Assembly (NCBI GenBank): GCA_903885375.1
Contig: CAISIK010000061.1
Location: 1,224-65,223, forward strand
Source: an uncultured Pseudomonadota bacterium
GTDB taxonomy: Bacteria > Myxococcota_A > UBA796 > SXON01
Reading direction: 5' to 3'
Length of the DNA: 64,000 nt
Shown piece after piece: positions 18,781 through 27,859 of this stretch. The first letter of the stretch is position 1. Each line of letters opens with the position of its first letter. Under the pieces are notes generated by a model. It did not search any database and was not told the DNA's origin. It saw only the letters and a list, made by a program, of their open reading frames with translations. The position numbers and the translations under genes are program-made.

Positions 18781-19206
18781 CTAGTGAAACTGGTCGTCGG
18801 CGGCGGCTTCGTCGGGGTCGGGCTCGGCCGCGATGGGTGAGCCGTGATGCAGGACGAGACGCCAGCCGCCGGGCCGGCGAAGGAACAGGTGCGTGACGGC
18901 CACGCGGCCGATCACCTCCTCGTCGCCCGCCACGCGGATGTCCTCGATGTTGTGCACCCGGGCGATGTCGCCGAGGATCTGCACCACCACATCCACCACC
19001 ACGAACCGCATGGGCACGCCCGTGGCGAAGATGTTGGCCCAGGCCTCCATCACCGCGGCGTGGCCATATACGGGCTCCCAGCCGGGGTGGATGCAGGCAT
19101 CCCCATCGGTTCCGCTCCAGCAGGCCGCCATTCCCTCGATGTCCCGCCGTTCGAACGTGCGGTAGAAGCGATCGTTGGCAGCGAGCACGGCGGCGCGATC
19201 GTCCAT
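18781..19206 (-). CDS. NTF2/SnoaL-like (DUF4440-type) protein
   Basis: 141 aa; NDRFYRTFERRDIEGMAACW ... HPGWEPVYG pattern typical of the SnoaL/NTF2-like fold. Confidence 0.65.
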   Translation of the reverse strand: MDDRAAVLAANDRFYRTFERRDIEGMAACWSGTDGDACIHPGWEPVYGHAAVMEAWANIFATGVPMRFVVVDVVVQILGDIARVHNIEDIRVAGDEEVIGRVAVTHLFLRRPGGWRLVLHHGSPIAAEPDPDEAAADDQFH

Positions 19207-19246
19207 GCGTGCCGAGTATCACGCGCACCCGGCCAGCGCAGGGGGC

Positions 19247-20254
19247 TCAGCCGCCGCAGCCGACCTCGATCACCCGGAGCACGTTGCCGCCGTAAGCGGC
19301 GTGCACCTCCTCGGCCGACCAGCCCAGACGCAGGAGCGCTTCGGTGAGATTGGGCAGCTTTTCGGCGCTGTCGAGGTCCGACGGGTAGAGCGCGAACCCC
19401 TCCCAGTCCGTGCCGAGCGCGCAGTGGCGCACCCCCACGGTTCGGCGGATGTGGTCGAGGTGGCGGGCCGCCGTGACCGCGCCGCCGCCCCCGATGAAGG
19501 GGGTCACGAAGATGATGCCCACGACACCGTCGGTGTCGGCGACGGCGCGGAGCACGTCGTCGTCGACGCCGCGGGGGGACTGGTGAACGCCGGTGCAGCC
19601 GGTGTGGCTCACGATGACGGGCCGGCGCGCTCGGCGACACACTTCGAGCACGGCGGCCTTCCCGAGGTGGGCGGCGTCGACGAGGATGCCGAGGCGCCAC
19701 AGCTCCTCCACGAGCTCCACCCCGAAGCCGGTGAGGCCGGCCTGGTTGCTCGCTCCCCACCCCACCATCGGGCGCGCTGCCTCGTTGGCGGTGAAGTGCA
19801 CGAGGCCCACGTAGCGGAGACCCTTCTCGCGCATGGTCGGCAGCTCGTCGAGCCGACCGTGCAGGCCGTGCGCGCCTTCGAGGCCCGCGAAGCAGGCGAT
19901 GCGGCCGGCCGCCCGTGCCTCGCGGATGGCGCCGGCGCTGCCGCAGAGGGCCATCTCGCCGGGGTTCGCGAGCACGTCGGCCGCGAGCTGATCGAGGTCC
20001 TGGTGGATGGCGGCCGGGCCGGTGGTGCGACGGAGCGGGTTGGTGACGACGCCGAAGGCGATGGCGCCCACGTTGCCCTCCCGGAGGCGGGGGAGGTCGC
20101 AGTGCCCCATCAGCGGCGCGCCGGGGAGCGGGTTGGGACGATGGCGCTTGGCGAGGTCCCACCCGAGGAAGTACCGGGTGAGGAGCAGATCGCAGTGGAG
20201 GTCGACGATGAGCGCCGAGTGGTGCACCGCGAGGGCCTCTTCGGACAGCTTCAT
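19247..20254 (-). CDS. Membrane dipeptidase (peptidase M19)
   Basis: 335 aa; HSALIVDLHCDLL metal-binding N-terminus; LVHFTANE, VSHTG and ALGTDWEG blocks of renal-dipeptidase-family enzymes. Confidence 0.85.
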   Translation of the reverse strand: MKLSEEALAVHHSALIVDLHCDLLLTRYFLGWDLAKRHRPNPLPGAPLMGHCDLPRLREGNVGAIAFGVVTNPLRRTTGPAAIHQDLDQLAADVLANPGEMALCGSAGAIREARAAGRIACFAGLEGAHGLHGRLDELPTMREKGLRYVGLVHFTANEAARPMVGWGASNQAGLTGFGVELVEELWRLGILVDAAHLGKAAVLEVCRRARRPVIVSHTGCTGVHQSPRGVDDDVLRAVADTDGVVGIIFVTPFIGGGGAVTAARHLDHIRRTVGVRHCALGTDWEGFALYPSDLDSAEKLPNLTEALLRLGWSAEEVHAAYGGNVLRVIEVGCGG

Positions 20255-20301
20255 CCGCCAGCGCTAACGGCTTTGGGTGCGGGTCGACGTTAGGCGCCCG
20301 C

Positions 20302-21327
20302 ATGCACCCCCTCGACGCCCTGGCCCGCATCGATGCGGCCACCCTCGGCACGGCGCTCCCGCCCGCCCACGCGCGCGCCGCCTGGGCGCTGGCGATCGAG
20401 GGCGCGCGCTCCGTGCGCACCGACCTGGTACTCCCGGGGCCAGCGCCGCGCGCGGTGGCGCTGGTGGCGAGCGCCAACGTCTTCACGGCGCCGATCGAGT
20501 GGGTGTGGGCGCTCTCGGCGCGCGGAGTGCCGGTGGTGCTGAAGTCCGCGCGCGGGCTCGCCGCCGTGGGCGAGGCGCTGGCCGCGGCCTTCCCCAGCGT
20601 GGAAGCCCGCGACTGGCGCGGCGGTGATCTCGACGCCGAAGCCGCTGCGCTCGCGGAGTGCGATGTGGCCATGGTTTTCGGCGCGGCGGAGACGATCGGT
20701 CGGGTGCGCGCCCGCTCGCCCATCCCGGTGCTCGGCTTCGGCCCCCGCTTCGGGGTGGCGCTCGTGGACGGAGTGGGCGCTGACCAGGCGGCCGGCCTCG
20801 CGCGGGACCACGCGCTCTACGATGGGCGGGGGTGCATGTCGCCGGCGGCGGTGTTCTCGGCGCAGGCGGTGGAGCTGGATCGTCTCGCGGCCGCGCTGGT
20901 CGAGGCCGACGAACGCCTGCCGGCGGGGGAGTTCACGCCCTCGGAGGCGGCGGGGCGGCGGTCCCTGGCCATGCTCGCGCGCATCGAAGGCCGTGTGCTG
21001 GAGGTGGGGAGCTGGGTGGTGGCGGTCCTGCCCGCCGCGCACGTGCGGCCGCGGGGGCTGCCGCGGGTGATCACGGTGCACGAGGGCGTGGCCCCTGCGG
21101 CCGCCGTGGCGCCGTGGCGCGAGGAGCTGGGCACCGTGGCGCTGCCGGGCGCCACCGAGTCGGACCTGCGCGCAGAGCCGGCGCTCGCGGAGGCGCTCGG
21201 CCTTGAGGGCCTGCCGCCGGCGCGGGTGTGTGCGGTCGGGGAAATGCAGCGCCCGCCCGGGGGGCGCCGCCTGCACGACGGCGTGAGCGTGCTGCCCGCG
21301 CTGTGGCATGCGGCGGCGAACCGCTAA
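20302..21327 (+). CDS. LuxC-like acyl-CoA (acyl-protein) reductase
   Basis: 341 aa; aldehyde-dehydrogenase-like fold with candidate catalytic Cys in ALYDGRGCMSPAAVF. The assignment is strengthened by the LuxE-like gene next door. Confidence 0.65.
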   Translation: MHPLDALARIDAATLGTALPPAHARAAWALAIEGARSVRTDLVLPGPAPRAVALVASANVFTAPIEWVWALSARGVPVVLKSARGLAAVGEALAAAFPSVEARDWRGGDLDAEAAALAECDVAMVFGAAETIGRVRARSPIPVLGFGPRFGVALVDGVGADQAAGLARDHALYDGRGCMSPAAVFSAQAVELDRLAAALVEADERLPAGEFTPSEAAGRRSLAMLARIEGRVLEVGSWVVAVLPAAHVRPRGLPRVITVHEGVAPAAAVAPWREELGTVALPGATESDLRAEPALAEALGLEGLPPARVCAVGEMQRPPGGRRLHDGVSVLPALWHAAANR

Positions 21328-21932
21328 CGGGGCGGCGGCCAGCCGAGGAGCGCCGCGGCCACGAGGGCGAAGCGCTCGCGGTCGGCCTCGGCCACGTCGG
21401 CGCCCACCAGCAGGGTGCCGGAGCCGAGCAGGTCCACGGCGGCGAGCAGGCGCTCGCCCTCGCGGATGGCCACGCCGGCCAGGACGGGGCCGGCGAGACC
21501 GCCCGGCTGGCGCACCGGCTCTACCGCGAGGGTGCGCCCCGCGAGGGCGAGCTCGCCGCGCACTTCCACGCTCCGGCCGAGCCGCAGCACCAGCCCCTCC
21601 GCGGTGCACGTGAGCGCATCCTCGAGCACCGACATCCCGCCGGGCCCGGGCGGGCGCGCGCGGCCGGCCTCGCAGCGCACCACCCGCGGCGTGCCCGTGG
21701 GGCCCACGAGCTCGAACCCGAAGCCCACGACCTCCGGCACGAGGCCGGTACCGGTGGCGTCCGGTCCGGCGCTCCACCCGCCCGTGGGCCGCTCCACCCG
21801 GTAGGGGCCGATGTGGTAGCCGGGCGCGAGATCGCCGCGGCCCGTGGCCGCGAAGACCACGGCCGGCTCGGGGAAGCCGGCGGGAGGCGCCATGCGCGCG
21901 GCGCACCCCGCGAGGAGGAGGATCGCCAGCAT
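21324..21932 (-). CDS. Hypothetical lipoprotein
   Basis: ATG 21932 (MLAILLLAGC lipobox), 2 nt after the LuxE-like stop; an alternative GTG at 21938 would overlap it. No known motif. Its 3' end overlaps the convergent luxC-like stop. Confidence 0.5.
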   Translation of the reverse strand: MLAILLLAGCAARMAPPAGFPEPAVVFAATGRGDLAPGYHIGPYRVERPTGGWSAGPDATGTGLVPEVVGFGFELVGPTGTPRVVRCEAGRARPPGPGGMSVLEDALTCTAEGLVLRLGRSVEVRGELALAGRTLAVEPVRQPGGLAGPVLAGVAIREGERLLAAVDLLGSGTLLVGADVAEADRERFALVAAALLGWPPPR

Positions 21933-21934
21933 GT

Positions 21935-22930
21935 TCACCGATCCGAGGCGGCGTCGAGCTCGCGGACGGCGGCCTCGGCGCGCAGCGAGCACCCGCGGAG
22001 CTCGGCGCCTTCCAGCCGGCCGAGGAGCTCCACGCGATCGCCGGCCCGGGAGGGGAGCACCCGCCCGAGGTCCTGCGTTTCGATCGCGAGCACGCTGCCG
22101 GCGTTCGCGAGGTCCCAGAAGCGGAGGACGCCCGGTTCATCGTCGAGGAGGCGGCCGGAGATCGGGTCGGCAGCGCGGACGCGGAGCCAGGGCGGCGCGT
22201 AGAAGACGCCCGGCACCTCGCCACAGGCGACGGGCTGGCTCCAGAGCTGCGAGGAGAGCTCGCTCATTCCGTATTCGCCCACCACCCGCGGGCTGCCCAG
22301 CCGCTTCGGGAGGGCGCGGTAGAGCCCCGGCGCGTCGAGCCTGACCTCGCGGCCCTTGAACCCGCCGGTGACCATCACGACGGACTCGCCGCTGAGCAGC
22401 GCCGAACCGGGCAGGGCAAGGAGCGCATCGAGCGCGAAGGCGGTCGCCGCGAGGAACACGGGCCCCTTCCGGGCGGCGGCGCGCAGGCGCTCCCAGGTGT
22501 CGGGGTGCACCTGGCCGTCGGTGAACGCCGCATCCACCGTGCCGAGGAGGTGCACCATGTGCCCGAGCGAGCTGTCGGGCTCGGTGGGGCAGAGGCTCAC
22601 AATGCGCCGGGGCAGGTTCGGGATGATCCGCCGCGCGTGCAGCACGGAGCCGAGGTCGTAGAGCGCCGTGTGCCGCACTCGTCGGGCCCCACGGACCTGC
22701 CCGGTGGTGCCGCTCGTGCGGAAGGTGCGGTCGGTTGGCATCGGGGGGAGCGGGCCGAGATCGACCTCCTTGAACACCTGCACGGGCACGGGCGCCTCGC
22801 CGATGGCGGCGAGCGGCCCGCCGCGCGCCACGTTCTCCGCGACCGCGGCCGCCAGCAGCTCGCCGAAGTTGCCGAGGCCGGAGAGCATGAAGCCCGAGAT
22901 GGCCTCCTCGGCGGGGCTCAGCGTTGCCAT
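21935..22930 (-). CDS. LuxE-like acyl-protein synthetase (adenylate-forming)
   Basis: 331 aa from ATG 22930 (MATLSPAEE). Adenylation motif FRTSGTTG and a GEYGMSELSSQ block. The track ORF extension to 23488 is Arg-rich and antisense-like. Confidence 0.7.
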   Translation of the reverse strand: MATLSPAEEAISGFMLSGLGNFGELLAAAVAENVARGGPLAAIGEAPVPVQVFKEVDLGPLPPMPTDRTFRTSGTTGQVRGARRVRHTALYDLGSVLHARRIIPNLPRRIVSLCPTEPDSSLGHMVHLLGTVDAAFTDGQVHPDTWERLRAAARKGPVFLAATAFALDALLALPGSALLSGESVVMVTGGFKGREVRLDAPGLYRALPKRLGSPRVVGEYGMSELSSQLWSQPVACGEVPGVFYAPPWLRVRAADPISGRLLDDEPGVLRFWDLANAGSVLAIETQDLGRVLPSRAGDRVELLGRLEGAELRGCSLRAEAAVRELDAASDR

Positions 22931-24168
22931 TGGAGGACCTCGCGGAGGGCCTCGACGAAGCCGCCTGCCTGTTCGGCCGTGAGGCAGTACGGCGGGGTGA
23001 TGCCGAGCGCGTCGGCGCGTTCGCCGCAGGGCAGAACGAGGTAGCCGCGGTCGAGCAGGTCGTGTGTGACCTGCAGGGCGTTGGGCACGTGGACACCCAG
23101 CATCAGGCCGGCGCCGGAAACGGCGCTGACGCCGGCCACGGCACGCAGGGCGGCGGCCAGAGAGGCGCCGAGCTCGGCCACGGTGGGCGCGAGGCGGTCG
23201 AGCTCTTCCAGCGCCGCGAGCGCGGCCGCGCAGCCCACCGGATGGCCGAGAAAGGTCTGGGTGTGGATGGCTGCGCCAGTGCTGGCCTGCCAGGCATCCA
23301 TCGCCGCGGCGGTGCCGAGGCAGGCCGACACCGGGAAGCCGCCGCCGAGCGCCTTGCCGAGGCACAGGAGGTCGGGTGCCACCTCGGCCGCGAGGAAGCG
23401 GCCGGTGCGGCCGCACCCGCTGTAGATCTCGTCGTGGATGACGAGCGCGCCGGCCGCGTGGGCGCGCTCGTGGAGGGCCGCGAGCCACCCCGATGGCGGC
23501 GCGCGCATGCCGCCCCGCCCCTGGATCGGCTCCACGAGCACGGCGGCCACGCCCTCGAGGTCGGGCAGGGGCCCGCCGAAGGGCGCCCAGCTCACGTGCG
23601 TGCCGAGCAGGCCCGCGAAGGGCTCGCGCATGGTGTGGCGGAGGTAGCCGAGGGCGGCGAGCGGGCCGAAGGCGAGTCCGTGGTAGCCGCCCTCGAAGGC
23701 GACGAGGCGGCTCCGGCCGGTGGCCACCACCGCGGTCTTCACCGCCGCATCCACCGCATCGCTCCCCGAGGTGCCGAGGATCACGCGGTCCATGCCGGTG
23801 CGGGCGGCGAGCGCCTCCATCAGCTCGATTCGGCGCGGGTCGGGGAACGCATCACCCATGGCGTGGAGGAGCTGGCCGGACTGCGCGGCCACCGCCTCCA
23901 CCACGCGGGGGTTGCGATGGCCGACGGCGGCCACCCCGAAGCCCGCGGTGAGGTCGACGAAGACGTTGCCATCGGCATCGCGCACGTTGGCGCCGAGCGC
24001 CTCCGCCCACACAATGGGGTCGGTGTCAGCCGCGCCGATCTGCAGCGCCCGGCGCGCCCGGCGGGCGGTGATGGCGGGGCACTCCCGGGCGGCGAGGCGG
24101 TCGACCCAGGCGCGGCTGGCGGGACCGGGGATGGCGGTGACCACCGCAGGGAGGCTGGAGCCGAACAT
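22918..24168 (-). CDS. Class-III PLP-dependent aminotransferase (GabT/omega-transaminase-like)
   Basis: 416 aa; blocks DLTAGFGVAAVGHRNPRV, GSDAVDAAVK, LVAFEGGYHG, IHDEIYSGCGRTGRF. Its 3' end overlaps the LuxE-like start by 13 nt. Confidence 0.85.
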   Translation of the reverse strand: MFGSSLPAVVTAIPGPASRAWVDRLAARECPAITARRARRALQIGAADTDPIVWAEALGANVRDADGNVFVDLTAGFGVAAVGHRNPRVVEAVAAQSGQLLHAMGDAFPDPRRIELMEALAARTGMDRVILGTSGSDAVDAAVKTAVVATGRSRLVAFEGGYHGLAFGPLAALGYLRHTMREPFAGLLGTHVSWAPFGGPLPDLEGVAAVLVEPIQGRGGMRAPPSGWLAALHERAHAAGALVIHDEIYSGCGRTGRFLAAEVAPDLLCLGKALGGGFPVSACLGTAAAMDAWQASTGAAIHTQTFLGHPVGCAAALAALEELDRLAPTVAELGASLAAALRAVAGVSAVSGAGLMLGVHVPNALQVTHDLLDRGYLVLPCGERADALGITPPYCLTAEQAGGFVEALREVLQWQR

Positions 24169-24287
24169 GGCCGCCCACCTATCCGTGGCGACGCGATCCG
24201 CGGCGACCGGATCGCACTCCCGAGGTGGGGCGAACGCGGATCGCCCACCCGCCTGCCCATCTGCGCCCGGAATGCTACCTTGATCCC

Positions 24288-25715
24288 ATGAGCTGGCTGT
24301 GGTTTCTGCTCGGCTGCAAGGAGGCCGTCACCGAGGTGATCCCCGCCCAGGATGGCGCGCTCACGCTGCACCTCGTGAACCCCACGACCTGCTCCTGGTG
24401 TGATGCCTTCGCCGAGGTGGATGAGGTGCGCCTCGACGTGGAGCAGGACGGCGAGGTGATCGCGAGCGACACCTTCGCCTGGCCGGCCGAATCCCTTTCG
24501 TTGCCCGCGCTGGAGGGCTTCGGCGTGGTTCGCATCCGGATGTATGGCGTCGGGGAGGGCTTCGTGGTGAGCTACGGGCAGACGCCGGAGCTCGCCCTCG
24601 GCCCGGGCGAGGAGCTCGAAGCCGCCCTGCTCTTTGCGCCGGTGAACCGCGCCCTGCCGCTCAGCTCGCCGATGCGCGCAGCCCGCCGCGACGCCGCGGT
24701 CGTCACGCTGCGGGATGGTCGGGTGCTCGTGGCCGGCGGGTACGTGAACGAGGGCAGCGCCCTGACCGCGAGCGTGGAGCTCTACGACCCGGGCAGCGGC
24801 GTATTTGCCGATGCGCCCGAGGCCCTGCCCGTGCCGCTGGCCGGCGCCCAGGTGGCCGCGTTCGACTCCGGCGAGCGCTTCTTCGTGGGCGGGGAGTCGG
24901 CGGCTGACGGCACCCCCAGCGCCGAGGCGGTGGACTACGTGGAGGAGGCGGGCACGATGGAGTCGGTGCGGCCGATGAACCGGGCGCGATCGGGACATTG
25001 TGTGTCGGCCTTCCGGGGCGACCAGGCGGTGGTGCTCGGCGGTCACGACGACGACGTTGCGCGTGGCGAGCTCCTGCGCGTGAACGCCGACGACGGGGAG
25101 TGGATATTCAAGGAGCAGCCGTTCGACGACCTCGACGAGGTGAGGGTGACGGGCTGCGCCCCGCTCGCCGATGGTCGCACGGCCGTGCAGGGCCTCGGCG
25201 CGGCCAGCACGGGCATCTGGACGTACTCGCAGGACACCGTGGGCACAGTGGAGCCCGAGAACGCCTTCCTCGCCACCCCAGCCGACGACCCCGGGGCGGG
25301 CGCGGCCTTCGTGCTCGGCGCGAGCATCGTGGCGCTCGCCGATGGGGATGCGTGGTTCGGCGGCGGCGTGGACCCCACGAGCGGCCAGCTCGCTGCAGCC
25401 CGGGAGCTTCGCGCCGCGAGCGTGCGTTTCGACCCTGCGGACGCCCTCCCGCGCCCGCGAGCCTGGGGCGACCTCGAGCGGCTCGACGAGGCGGGCAACG
25501 TGGCCTGGGGGTGCGGGTGGCGGGATGCCTTCCACAACAGCCCGGTGTCGAGCGTGGAGCTCTTCAACGTGGAGACGGGAACGCTCGGCCCCACCGTGGA
25601 GCTGGTGGACGAGCGCCGGGGCTGCGCGCTCGCGGTCCTGCCCGATGGCGCCGTGCTCGTGGTCGGAGGGGCGCTCGCCGCCTCGGCCGAGCTGATCGTG
25701 CCCTACACCCGCTGA
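24288..25715 (+). CDS. Kelch-repeat lipoprotein
   Basis: ATG 24288 (MSWLWFLLGC lipobox). Repeated Kelch-like units such as AAVVTLRDGRVLVAGGY...VELYDP and HCVSAFRGDQAVVLGGH. Confidence 0.7.
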   Translation: MSWLWFLLGCKEAVTEVIPAQDGALTLHLVNPTTCSWCDAFAEVDEVRLDVEQDGEVIASDTFAWPAESLSLPALEGFGVVRIRMYGVGEGFVVSYGQTPELALGPGEELEAALLFAPVNRALPLSSPMRAARRDAAVVTLRDGRVLVAGGYVNEGSALTASVELYDPGSGVFADAPEALPVPLAGAQVAAFDSGERFFVGGESAADGTPSAEAVDYVEEAGTMESVRPMNRARSGHCVSAFRGDQAVVLGGHDDDVARGELLRVNADDGEWIFKEQPFDDLDEVRVTGCAPLADGRTAVQGLGAASTGIWTYSQDTVGTVEPENAFLATPADDPGAGAAFVLGASIVALADGDAWFGGGVDPTSGQLAAARELRAASVRFDPADALPRPRAWGDLERLDEAGNVAWGCGWRDAFHNSPVSSVELFNVETGTLGPTVELVDERRGCALAVLPDGAVLVVGGALAASAELIVPYTR

Positions 25716-25719
25716 ATGC

Positions 25720-27159
25720 TCAGGCGGGGCGGCTGGCCTCGATGGCGGCGATGAGCTTCTTGTGCAGGCCGCCGAAGCCGCCGTTGCTCAGCACCGCGAC
25801 GACATCCCAGGGCAGCGCGTTGGCGGCCACCACCGCCACGATCTCCTCGACGGAGGGGTAGGTGAACGCCTCTTGCCCGCGCGCCCGCAACGCCTGCACC
25901 AGCTCGGCGGCGCTGAAGCGCTCCTCGTCGGCGATGCGGGACTGGTCGTGCGCCCCGGCGATGATCACCACGTCGGCGGCGCCGAAGGCTTCGGCGTAGG
26001 CATCCTGGAACACCTTGCGGCGGCTCGTGGCGCTGCGCGGCTCGAAGATGGTCCACATCCGGCGCTTTCCGAAGCGCAGGCGCAGGGCCTCGAGCGTGAC
26101 CTTCACGGCGGTGGGGTGGTGCGCGAAGTCATCGAGCACGGTGATGTGGCGCGGCTCGCCGATGACCTCCTGGCGCCGCTTCACCCCGCCGAAGCTCCGG
26201 AAGCCGGGGGCGAGGGATTCGGCGGTGAAGCCCTCGCGCTCCAGCGCGGCCACGCCGGCCACCTGGTTGTAGAGGTTGTGCTCGCCCACGAGGACGCTCT
26301 CGAAGCGCCCCCAGAGGTTGCCCTCGTGCAGCACGGCGAAGGTCTGGATGCCGCGCTCGGTGTCGACCTTCTCGATGCGCCCATCCCAGCTCTGACCCAC
26401 GCCGTACCGGCGGATCTCGCAGCGGGCATCGAGGCAGACGTCGCGCACGTTGTCGTGGTCCCACCGGGCCACGACGCACCCATCGTCGGGCACGATGTCC
26501 ACGAGGCGGCGGAAGCTCTGTTTTACGTGGTCGAGGTCGGTGTAGATGTCGGCGTGATCGAACTCCACCGAGGTGATGATCGCGGTGGTGGGGCGGTAGT
26601 GGAGGAACTTCGGCCCCTTGTCGAAGAAGGCGGTGTCGTATTCATCGCCCTCGATGACGAACTGCGCGCCGGAGCCGGTGCGGGCGGTGCGATCGAAGTT
26701 CTTGGCGAGCCCGCCGATGAGGAAGCCCGGGTCCTTGCCGGCGGCATCGACCAGCTGGGCGATCAGCGCGGTGGTGGTGGTCTTGCCGTGGGTGCCCGCG
26801 CACACGATGTTCCGGCGGGAGGCGAGGAAACGTGCGCCGAGCAGCTGCGGCATGGAGGCGTAGGTGAGATCGCTCGCGAGCAGCGCCTGGGCCTCGGCGT
26901 ACTCCGCGCGGATCACGTTGCCCACCACGACGAGATCGGGGTTGTGTTTGAGGTTTTCGGCGTTGTAGCCGATCATCACCTCGATACCGAGCGAGGCGAG
27001 GTAGTCGGACATCGGCGGGTACACGCCGGTATCACTCCCGGTCACGGTGTAGCCGGCATCCTTGAGCATGCCGGCGAAGGCCGCCATGGCGGTGCCACCG
27101 ATACCCATGATGTGGACGGAGCGGACGTCGTCGGGGAGGGGGCCGGCGAGGAGCGGCAT
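25720..27159 (-). CDS. mpl: UDP-N-acetylmuramate:L-Ala-gamma-D-Glu-meso-DAP ligase (murein peptide ligase)
   Basis: 479 aa from ATG 27159. Mur-ligase motifs HIMGIGGTAMAAFAGML and GTHGKTTTTAL, with an Mpl-like overall layout. Confidence 0.85.
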   Translation of the reverse strand: MPLLAGPLPDDVRSVHIMGIGGTAMAAFAGMLKDAGYTVTGSDTGVYPPMSDYLASLGIEVMIGYNAENLKHNPDLVVVGNVIRAEYAEAQALLASDLTYASMPQLLGARFLASRRNIVCAGTHGKTTTTALIAQLVDAAGKDPGFLIGGLAKNFDRTARTGSGAQFVIEGDEYDTAFFDKGPKFLHYRPTTAIITSVEFDHADIYTDLDHVKQSFRRLVDIVPDDGCVVARWDHDNVRDVCLDARCEIRRYGVGQSWDGRIEKVDTERGIQTFAVLHEGNLWGRFESVLVGEHNLYNQVAGVAALEREGFTAESLAPGFRSFGGVKRRQEVIGEPRHITVLDDFAHHPTAVKVTLEALRLRFGKRRMWTIFEPRSATSRRKVFQDAYAEAFGAADVVIIAGAHDQSRIADEERFSAAELVQALRARGQEAFTYPSVEEIVAVVAANALPWDVVAVLSNGGFGGLHKKLIAAIEASRPA

Positions 27160-27232
27160 GGGGAAGGACCGGGGAGGGGAGAGGCGGGAGAGCGGCGGGG
27201 CCGGGAAGATAACCGGGGGATATGGCTCGGGC

Positions 27233-27853
27233 GTGATCCACATCTTCGTTCGGGTGCCCGAGCCCGGCACCGTCAAGACCCGCCTCATTCCCCTGCTCGG
27301 CGCCTCGGGGGCGGCCCGCCTCGCCGCCGCCATGGCCGGCGATGCGGTGGAGCTCGTCCGCGAGTCGCGCCTGCCGTTCCGCGTGGTGCTCTCCGGCCCG
27401 ATCGATCACCCTTGGGTACGCACGCTCGACTGCGAGGTGGAGGCGCAGGCCGAAGGCGACCTCGGCGCGCGCCTCGCCCACGCGCTCCGCGACGGCGGAG
27501 TGGCCATCGGCAGCGATGCGCCCACCCTGCCCGTGAACCTGCTGCTCGAAGCACACGCATCCACCGCGGACGTGGTGCTCGCACCCGCGTTCGACGGGGG
27601 CTTCACCCTCGTGGGAACGCAGGAGCCGGAGGACCTCTTCGACCTCGTGCCCTGGTCCGCGCCCGACACGTTCGCGCGGCAGCACCGGCGTGCGCTCGAC
27701 CTCGGCCGCAGCGTGCGGGTGCTGCCCTTCTGGTACGACGTGGACGACGCCGAGAGCCTCCGCTTCCTCGGCAACCATCTTTCGACGCTGCCCGAACGGG
27801 TGGCGGCGCGCACGCGCGGGTTCCTCGCCGGCTGGCGGGAGCGGTCGGCCTGA
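27233..27853 (+). CDS. DUF2064 / TIGR04282-type nucleotidyltransferase-like protein
   Basis: In-frame GTG 27233 chosen (VIHIFVRVPEPGTVKTRLIPLLG); the upstream part of the track ORF overlaps mpl. Also APAFDGGFTLVG motif. Confidence 0.6.
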   Translation: MIHIFVRVPEPGTVKTRLIPLLGASGAARLAAAMAGDAVELVRESRLPFRVVLSGPIDHPWVRTLDCEVEAQAEGDLGARLAHALRDGGVAIGSDAPTLPVNLLLEAHASTADVVLAPAFDGGFTLVGTQEPEDLFDLVPWSAPDTFARQHRRALDLGRSVRVLPFWYDVDDAESLRFLGNHLSTLPERVAARTRGFLAGWRERSA

Positions 27854-27859
27854 GCGGGT

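Noticed and set aside
19050-22224. 557-aa and 644-aa minus-strand ORFs
   Set aside because: One is an out-of-frame same-strand shadow ORF over the dipeptidase gene, and the other is antisense to the luxC-like gene. Extreme Arg/Pro/Gly/Ala content.
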